Assembly: GCA_031271975.1 (NCBI GenBank)
Contig: JAISUR010000047.1
Location: forward strand, 1,362-25,361
DNA: 24,000 nt
Source of the DNA: Propionibacteriaceae bacterium
Lineage (GTDB): Bacteria > Actinomycetota > Actinomycetes > Propionibacteriales > Propionibacteriaceae
Reading direction: 5' to 3'
In this document: one piece after another, positions 8,281 to 13,734 of the stretch
How the letters are laid out: the number at the start of each line of letters is the position of its first letter
Position numbering within the stretch: position 1 is the first letter of the stretch
The notes under the pieces: generated by a model
What the model saw: the letters and a program-made list of their open reading frames with translations, nothing else
Databases searched by the model: none
What the model was told of the DNA's origin: nothing
Program-made: the position numbers and the translations under genes

Positions 8281-9444
8281 ATGATAAAGCGTCTTGGTGC
8301 ATGTCTGGCAGGCTTGCTGCTGCTGGCCGGATGCGTGAAGATGGAGTTTTCCATCGACATTCACTCCGATGACGACATCGACATTTCGATGTTGATGGCC
8401 ATCGACAAGGACTACGCCGACGAATTCGGCGACATGTGTGACCTGGCGAAGTCGAGCGCCGGCTCGTCCGGAGACTTCACCGCGGAAGAGTTCACCGACG
8501 ACGACTACAAGGGCTGCCGGGTGTTCGGTAAGACGAACCTGGATTCAGCGGGCACGATGGTCACGCACACCGGCGGCAAGTACTACTTCAGCTCGGGCGC
8601 TTCCGACTCCGCTTACGGCAGCGACCTGGACGCCTCCATGTTCACCGGGTTCAAGTTCGAGGTCACATTTCCCGGCCCTGTGGAATCATGTTCCGGGAAT
8701 GGCGTCATCTCGGGGAACACGTGCACCTGGACGGACGCCGCTGACCTGATCAACGGCATGGAAGCAGTGGGTGCGGACAGCGGCGGCCCGCTGGCTGGCG
8801 GCGGAGGAATCCCCTGGGGCATCATCGCGGCGGTCATCGGCGTCATCATCGTGGGCGCGGTCGTGGCCGTGGTCGTGATCAGGATGCGCAAGAAGCCCGC
8901 GGCGCAGCCGGTGTACCCACAGCCCGGCTATTACCAGCCCGGCTACGACCAACAGGCGTATCAACAACAGGCGTATCCGCAGCAGTATTCCCAGCCGCCC
9001 AACGCGCAGCAGCCCTACGCCCAGCCGCCCGCCGCGCAACAGCCATATGGCCAGCAGGCATATGGCCAGCAGCAGCCGTACCAACAGCCGCAGCAGTATT
9101 CCCAGCCGCCCAACGTGCAGCAGCCCTACGCCCAGCAGCCCTACGCCCAGCAGGCATACCAACCGCCTGCCAGCCCACAGCCTGGCTACGTCGCGCAGGC
9201 CGGGGCCGGAGAGCAATCTTGGGCTCCGCAGGCCGGATACCAAGTACCGGCGCAGGGATACCAGGCCCAGCCCGCCGCCGAGCAGCCGGCGCCGTTCGCC
9301 CCGCCTGCCCAGGCAGCCGCCCAGACTCCCGCATGGCAACCCCCAGATTCCCAAATCCCGTCCGCCGAAGTGCCGCTGAACCCGGCATCCGAGGCGGCGC
9401 CGGGCCCGGAACAGCCTGGTGACGGCCCAGCCGCACAGCAATGA
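8281..9444 (+). CDS. membrane-anchored lipoprotein (LppM-like extracytoplasmic domain) with C-terminal TM helix and a long Q/P/Y-rich low-complexity tail
   Basis: ATG 8281 gives MIKRLGACLAGLLLLAGC, a signal peptide with lipobox LLAGC. AAAGGG lies 5 nt upstream. An acidic about 170-aa ectodomain is followed by a TM helix (IPWGIIAAVIGVIIVGAVVAVVVI), the stop-transfer RMRKK, then about 180 aa of PQQ/QQPY/QQAY repeats. The LppM resemblance is from memory of the Mycobacterium LppM architecture (lipobox + domain + C-terminal TM), not from a search. Confidence 0.75.
   Translation: MIKRLGACLAGLLLLAGCVKMEFSIDIHSDDDIDISMLMAIDKDYADEFGDMCDLAKSSAGSSGDFTAEEFTDDDYKGCRVFGKTNLDSAGTMVTHTGGKYYFSSGASDSAYGSDLDASMFTGFKFEVTFPGPVESCSGNGVISGNTCTWTDAADLINGMEAVGADSGGPLAGGGGIPWGIIAAVIGVIIVGAVVAVVVIRMRKKPAAQPVYPQPGYYQPGYDQQAYQQQAYPQQYSQPPNAQQPYAQPPAAQQPYGQQAYGQQQPYQQPQQYSQPPNVQQPYAQQPYAQQAYQPPASPQPGYVAQAGAGEQSWAPQAGYQVPAQGYQAQPAAEQPAPFAPPAQAAAQTPAWQPPDSQIPSAEVPLNPASEAAPGPEQPGDGPAAQQ
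8977..9136 (+). repeat. in-frame 49-bp direct repeat (two copies, 1 mismatch, offset 111 bp) inside the Q/P/Y-rich tail coding region
   Basis: 8977-9025 and 9088-9136 both read ccgcagcagtattcccagccgcccaacg[c/t]gcagcagccctacgcccagc, encoding PQQYSQPPN[A/V]QQPYAQ. Shorter degenerate cagcagcc/ctacgcccag units surround them. Confidence 0.9.
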
Positions 9445-10298
9445 CGGCTATTTCCGACGGCGCTTGGGGCACGCTGCTGCAAGCCGCCGGGCTCGCGCCG
9501 GGCACCTGCCCTGAACTGTGGAACGTGGAGCAGCCCGACAAGGTGTCTGAAGTGGCCGCCGCCTACGTCGCCGCCGGTTCGGACATGATCGAAACCAACA
9601 GCTTCGGCGGTACCCGTTTCAAGCTGGCCCACTACGGCTTGGCTGATCGCGTCGCGGAGTTGAACCGCGCCGCCGCCGAGCTTTCCCGGGCTGCCGCCGG
9701 TGGCCGCAAAGTGCTCGGTTCGATCGGGCCGACGGGCGTCGGATACCTGCTGGCGGTTGAGGAAGTCACCGAGGAAGAGCTGTACGCCGCGTTCGCCGAG
9801 CAGGCGGTCGCTTTGGCAGAGGGCGGCGCCGACATGGCCTGCATCGAGACCATGACCGGCATTGGCGAGGCGCGGGCGGCGATTCGCGCCGTCAAACAGA
9901 ACACGTCCTTGGAGATCATTTCGACGTTCACCTTCGATCGCACGATCACGGGCGACTATCGCACCATGGAAGGCGTCACCCCCGAGCAGGCCGCAGAGGC
10001 AGCCCTGGAAGCCGGGGCCCAAGTGGTGGGTGCCAACTGCGGCAACGGCATGGAACGCATGGTCGAGATCACCGCCCGCATCCGGGCGGCGTTCCCCGAC
10101 GCGCCGATCCTCGTCCACGCCAACGCGGGCCTTCCCGTGAACGTCAACGGCACCGATGTCTTCCCAGAATCGCCGGCCGACATGGCCGCCCAAGTCCCCG
10201 CGCTGGTGGCCGCCGGCGCCGGCATAATCGGCGGCTGCTGCGGCACCACGCCCGCCCACATCTCGGCCATCGCCGCCACCTGTCGCTCGATGGCGTAG
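9441..10298 (+). CDS. stand-alone homocysteine S-methyltransferase domain protein (Pfam S-methyl_trans type; MetH N-terminal module / MmuM-like)
   Basis: N-terminus ISDGAWGTLLQ, IETNSFGGT, and the three Zn-ligand cysteines in GANCGNG and GGCCGTTPAHI. 285 aa, with no pterin-binding or B12 domain following. ATG 9441 overlaps the upstream stop (ATGA). Confidence 0.85.
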   Translation: MTAISDGAWGTLLQAAGLAPGTCPELWNVEQPDKVSEVAAAYVAAGSDMIETNSFGGTRFKLAHYGLADRVAELNRAAAELSRAAAGGRKVLGSIGPTGVGYLLAVEEVTEEELYAAFAEQAVALAEGGADMACIETMTGIGEARAAIRAVKQNTSLEIISTFTFDRTITGDYRTMEGVTPEQAAEAALEAGAQVVGANCGNGMERMVEITARIRAAFPDAPILVHANAGLPVNVNGTDVFPESPADMAAQVPALVAAGAGIIGGCCGTTPAHISAIAATCRSMA

Positions 10299-10437
10299 AG
10301 CACGGTGTCGTGCTTGTTGGTCATGAAATGGACGCAGTCGTAGCGTGGCTGCATGAAATCAGCTTCGGGGGGCGTTGAGCGATTTCGGTCGGATGGCAGG
10401 GGAGGTGGCCTTTCAAAATGCCTTGTCAGAGCCACTT

Positions 10438-10514
10438 TGGTAGCGGGGGCAGGATTTGAACCTGCGGCCTCTGGGTTATGAGCCCAGCGAGCTACCGAAC
10501 TGCTCCACCCCGCG
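10438..10514 (-). tRNA. initiator tRNA-Met (tRNA-fMet, anticodon CAT), CCA encoded
   Basis: The reverse complement reads CGCGGGGTGGAGCAGTTCGGTAGCTCGCTGGGCTCATAACCCAGAGGCCGCAGGTTCAAATCCTGCCCCCGCTACCA. It folds as a full cloverleaf. Three consecutive G:C pairs close the anticodon stem (GGG/CCC) and positions 1:72 are unpaired (C1:U72), both initiator hallmarks. It is near-identical in layout to E. coli and mycobacterial tRNA-fMet. Confidence 0.97.
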
Positions 10515-10525
10515 TCAGCCTGTCT

Positions 10526-10555
10526 ATCTTAGGTGACCGTTTGAGGAAAGCCCAA
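10526..10555 (-). promoter_or_regulatory. candidate promoter for tRNA-fMet (TTGGGC - 18 nt - TAAGAT)
   Basis: On the minus strand: -10 TAAGAT (10531-10526) ends 11 nt upstream of the mature tRNA 5' end, and -35-like TTGGGC sits at 10555-10550. Pattern only. Confidence 0.3.
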
Positions 10556-10589
10556 ATCCGGATCCGCTGGGGCCGGTCGGCAGCCCCTC

Positions 10590-11474
10590 TCAGATCCGTT
10601 CGATGATGTCGGTGAACGCCGCGCGGATGATGTCGCCGGTGGACACCTCGTTGTGCGAGGTCAGGGTCACAACGGCTTGTTTCCCGGGCGCGACGATCGA
10701 GAACTGGCCGTACATTCCGTCGGCGCGGAAGGTGCCCGGGGTCGTGTTCAGCCAAACCTGGTAGCCGTAGCCCACGTTCGATTCCGCGTCGTCGAAGTGG
10801 CGGACTGGGTCGATGACGTCGGTGTGCATCGCGGCCACGTAGCCAGACGGCACGATTTCCCGGTCTTCCCAGATTCCCTCTTGCAGCAGCAGGCGGCCCA
10901 ACTTGGCCAGCTCGCTGGTGCGCAACTGCAGCCCGTAGCCGCCCAGGGAATGCCCGCGCGGGCAGGTGTTCCACCAGGGGTTGTAGATGCCCAAGGGGCG
11001 GAAAAGCCGCGGCTTCAGATAGTCGACGAGCACCTGGCCGCTGGTCGCTTCCACGACACGGCCGAGCATGTAGGTACAGGCGTTCGCATAGAAGAAGCGC
11101 GTGTCCGGCGGACGTGTCTGCTCGCCGGCGAAGAAGAGCTGCGCCCAGTCTGTGTCTTCGAGGACGGCGGGGTCGGTCTCTTGGAAGAACTCGTAGTCTT
11201 TGCCGGCGGCCATCCGCAGCAAATCGCGGACGGTTATTGCCGCGCTGCCCTCGGCGGCGGCTTCCGCGAACTCGGGGAAGAAGCCGAGCACTTTGTCGGA
11301 AAGCTCGAAACGGCCCTCGGCGACGGCCATGCCCACCGCGACGGAGGTGAAAGTCTTGCTCGCGGACCAGATGTGCACACGGTCGTCAGAGCGGAAACGA
11401 TGCTCGATGTCGCCCTGTCCGGCTTGGTGCAAATGCACGCCATACACGCCCAAGTTACGCTCGGCGCAGGTCAT
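10590..11474 (-). CDS. beta-lactamase-fold serine hydrolase (PF00144-like; esterase / D-aminopeptidase / PBP-related), substrate unknown
   Basis: SxxK nucleophile motif (WSASKTFTSVAVGMAV) and YxN motif (FFYANACTY), with overall length and pattern matching class-C-like serine hydrolases. The ORF track extends to 11852, but the first about 126 aa are R/P-rich junk. The first ATG is 11474 (MTCAERNLGVYGVHL). A GTG at 11507 (VLTPSVFDSFRM...) is an equally plausible start, and no clear SD precedes either. Confidence 0.8.
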   Translation of the reverse strand: MTCAERNLGVYGVHLHQAGQGDIEHRFRSDDRVHIWSASKTFTSVAVGMAVAEGRFELSDKVLGFFPEFAEAAAEGSAAITVRDLLRMAAGKDYEFFQETDPAVLEDTDWAQLFFAGEQTRPPDTRFFYANACTYMLGRVVEATSGQVLVDYLKPRLFRPLGIYNPWWNTCPRGHSLGGYGLQLRTSELAKLGRLLLQEGIWEDREIVPSGYVAAMHTDVIDPVRHFDDAESNVGYGYQVWLNTTPGTFRADGMYGQFSIVAPGKQAVVTLTSHNEVSTGDIIRAAFTDIIERI

Positions 11475-11677
11475 CCGGAAAGAGTCGAAAACTGATGGTG
11501 TCAACACGGTTGAAATGCTATCGGCTCCCAGGCGGACGCCGGTAGCGCGCGGGCTGCCGGCGGAGCGCGAAAAAATGTGAAGATCTCGTAAACCGGCCAC
11601 AAGAGCCTTGAGGGGGGGTAGCCTCCTTCTTGGTGGCGGGAATCCCTGCCGCTCAAGGCACCCCCAGGAGAACTGGC

Positions 11678-12142
11678 ATGTCTTTTCGGATCGAGTACCA
11701 CGACGCCTTCGCATTGTGCGGCTTCGGCGCTCAGATGACGCTGCGCGAGTATGGCTACAACAACAACCGCGCGCGACTGCTCGCCGACTTGCAGGCCGCG
11801 GGACACCTGGAAACGCTGGACGCGCTGGGCGGCGACGCATTCTGGGCGGCATGGTTCTGCGGCGATTCGCCCGATGAGATCTATTGGGTTATATGCCGCT
11901 CGGTGGCGGCCACGCAGGTGCCGCCGGCCGGGGCCGTGGTGCGCGAAGTGGCGGCGCACAACTATCTGGTTTTCGAGCACGAACCGGGCGACGACCGGGA
12001 AGTCGCTTGGACTGCCGACTACTACAAGGCTGGCACGATAGGGGTGAAGCTCAACTACAACCGCGAGGCTTGGATGGAGTATTACCCGGACGGATACGAC
12101 GGGCGCTACGAGTTGTGGATGTCGCTGGCCAGCGACCACTAG
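11678..12142 (+). CDS. GyrI-like / AraC-effector-binding-domain small-molecule binding protein (no DNA-binding domain)
   Basis: ATG 11678 is preceded by AGGAG 7 nt upstream. 154 aa, MSFRIEYHDAFALCGFG...YLVFEH...MEYYPDG...YELWMSL matches the two-repeat beta-alpha-beta-beta GyrI-like/SOUL-type pattern as I remember it. The upstream 16 codons in the ORF track were dropped. Confidence 0.6.
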   Translation: MSFRIEYHDAFALCGFGAQMTLREYGYNNNRARLLADLQAAGHLETLDALGGDAFWAAWFCGDSPDEIYWVICRSVAATQVPPAGAVVREVAAHNYLVFEHEPGDDREVAWTADYYKAGTIGVKLNYNREAWMEYYPDGYDGRYELWMSLASDH

Positions 12143-12918
12143 CGAGCCGGCCGGATGCGGTCCCACACCTTGTCCAACGCCTGCGACCATGCCGAAATCG
12201 CGCCGGTGTCCCGCATGTACGTCACCGCGAGTTCGTTCAGGCCGCCCGGTGTCATCTCGCGCCAGTGCCCGGCCAACTCGTCCGGCGTCAGCGTTTTCGC
12301 TTTGTAGAGCAGGGCTTCGAAGAACGACGCCGTGTAACCAGCCGCCGCCTCGGGTGGGAAGCCCTTCGCTTCCGCCCAGCCGACGACATCGCCCAGCATT
12401 GCGAAATAGGCGCTCATCAGAGCCGTGATCGCTGTGAACATGTCCATCGTGGGCTCGTCGGCGGCGGGCACGATTTGGCCCAGCGAGCCAAAGACCGCGG
12501 TCACTTCGGGATCGTCGGGAAAGACGGCCAGCGGGCCGACGCGGTGGGCGACGAAAGGCAGCGGCACCATCCGCGTCAACGTGGCCGGAGCGGCCAGGGA
12601 GCGCAATTCGGCCAAGGTGAAATCCGAGATGAAGCTCAGCGCCCGCTGGCCGTCGCGAAACCGCAGCGCGCCGATGACCTCGCGGGCGATGCGGGGCAGC
12701 ACCGCCAGCATCACCCAGTCAGAACCGTCGACGACCTCTTGGTTGGACGCGCAAACCCGGACGTTGGGGAACTTGGCCGCCAGGGCCGCCGCCCGTGCGG
12801 CGTTGCGCGGCGACAACAGCACTTCGGCCGCCGCGCCGTATTGGGCCAAGACGCCGCGTGCGAACGCCTCGTTGATGACGCCCACGCCGATGAAACCGAT
12901 CCGCATGAGGACAATCAT
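12139..12918 (-). CDS. pyrroline-5-carboxylate reductase family protein (ProC-like NAD(P)H imine reductase), last gene of the GRE operon
   Basis: N-terminal Rossmann MRIGFIGVGVINEAFARGVL, ...DWVMLAVLP (the ProC VKP position), and a C-terminal dimerisation region containing MTPGGLNELAV (ProC TPGGTT motif position). ATG 12918 (MIVLMRIGF...) or ATG 12906 (MRIGFIGVG...) are possible starts. It begins 12-24 nt after the activase stop. Confidence 0.8.
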   Translation of the reverse strand: MIVLMRIGFIGVGVINEAFARGVLAQYGAAAEVLLSPRNAARAAALAAKFPNVRVCASNQEVVDGSDWVMLAVLPRIAREVIGALRFRDGQRALSFISDFTLAELRSLAAPATLTRMVPLPFVAHRVGPLAVFPDDPEVTAVFGSLGQIVPAADEPTMDMFTAITALMSAYFAMLGDVVGWAEAKGFPPEAAAGYTASFFEALLYKAKTLTPDELAGHWREMTPGGLNELAVTYMRDTGAISAWSQALDKVWDRIRPAR

Positions 12919-12930
12919 GGCGGATCTGGC

Positions 12931-13734
12931 TCAGCGGGCAAGTACCGTCTTCACTTCCGGAACGGCGTTGTTGAGATACTCCAAACGGTCTGCCAGGTGC
13001 GCGGCGCTGGGAGGTTCGAGCGCGTCCAAGGCGTAGTCGAGGCCCAAGTTGCGGTAGGCGGCGCGCCCCAGGCGGTGGTAGGGGAGTAGTTCCAACTGGT
13101 CGAGTTGGGGGATCTCCTTGCAGATCAAGGCCGTCCGGAAGAGGTTTAGGTCATCGTCGTTCACACCCGGCAACAGCGGGACCCGCGCGGTGATGGTTCC
13201 GGCGAAATCCGATGCGGCCACCGCTCGCAAGTTCTCCAATATGGCCGAGTTCGCCACGCCCGTCCAGCGGCGGTGCTCCGCGTCTTCGACGTGCTTGATG
13301 TCCACCAACAGGTGGTCGGTCCAGGCGAGCACGCGTGCGACGTTGGGCCGCGATCCGAAAAGCGTCGTCTCTATCGCCGTATGGATGCCGTGCTCTTTGG
13401 TGCCGCGCAACACCGCGGCCGTGAAAGCCGACTGCGCCAGCGGTTCGCCCCCGCTCACGGTGACTCCGCCGCCAGAGTGGAAGTAGAACACTTCGTCTTT
13501 CAGCACTTCATCCACCACTTCGTGGGCCGTCATCACCCGCCCATACACCTGTTGGTCCAAGCCGGTTTGCGGCAACGGTGATTGCGACTCGGGCGTGGAA
13601 CACCACTGGCACGCCAACGGGCACCCTTTCAGGAACACTACGGTGCGGATGCCCGGGCCGTCGTGGATGGACGCCCGTTCGATGCGCAGGACCATGCCCG
13701 GCGTGCGGGCCAACTCACCCAACGCTGATACCAC
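12931..13734 (-). CDS. glycyl-radical enzyme activating enzyme (radical SAM), minimal PflA-like architecture
   Basis: DGPGIRTVVFLKGCPLACQWCSTPES is the CX3CX2C radical-SAM cluster motif in the GRE-activase context. GGGVTVSGGEPL is the SAM-binding GGE motif, and LELLPYHRLG lies at the C-terminus. GTG 13734 overlaps the GRE end by 20 nt. An alternative ATG at 13695 (MVLRIERASIHDGPG) would leave a 19-nt gap. Confidence 0.9.
   Translation of the reverse strand: MVSALGELARTPGMVLRIERASIHDGPGIRTVVFLKGCPLACQWCSTPESQSPLPQTGLDQQVYGRVMTAHEVVDEVLKDEVFYFHSGGGVTVSGGEPLAQSAFTAAVLRGTKEHGIHTAIETTLFGSRPNVARVLAWTDHLLVDIKHVEDAEHRRWTGVANSAILENLRAVAASDFAGTITARVPLLPGVNDDDLNLFRTALICKEIPQLDQLELLPYHRLGRAAYRNLGLDYALDALEPPSAAHLADRLEYLNNAVPEVKTVLAR

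Noticed and set aside
8686-9541. Minus-strand ORFs 8686..9441 (251 aa) and 8879..9541 (220 aa) and plus-strand ORF 9047..9379 over the repeat region
   Set aside because: They are the antisense or alternative-frame reading of the CAG/CCG-rich tail repeats (giving L/R/G or A/R/G-rich strings). The sense frame is continuous with a bona fide lipoprotein and TM segment.
9186-10435. Minus-strand ORFs 9186..10259 (357 aa) and 9956..10435 (159 aa)
   Set aside because: They are antisense to the homocysteine S-methyltransferase, whose Zn-ligand motifs are intact in the plus frame. The 10299-10437 spacer contains only a short hairpin (agcacg-gtgt-cgtgct) and two catgaaat words, which is not enough to call a gene or sRNA.
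11475-11852. Upstream 126 codons of ORF 10590..11852, plus ORFs 10492..10974 (-), 10653..11495 (+) and 11501..12190 (-)
   Set aside because: The extension would run through the divergent promoter region and into the GyrI-like gene, is R/P-rich, and precedes the point where beta-lactamase-fold homology begins. The others are shadow frames of supported genes.
11884-13089. 401-aa plus-strand ORF antisense to the ProC-like gene and the activase 3' end
   Set aside because: It has no motifs and is G/R-rich. The minus-strand frames have a clear Rossmann/ProC pattern and radical-SAM C-terminal motifs.
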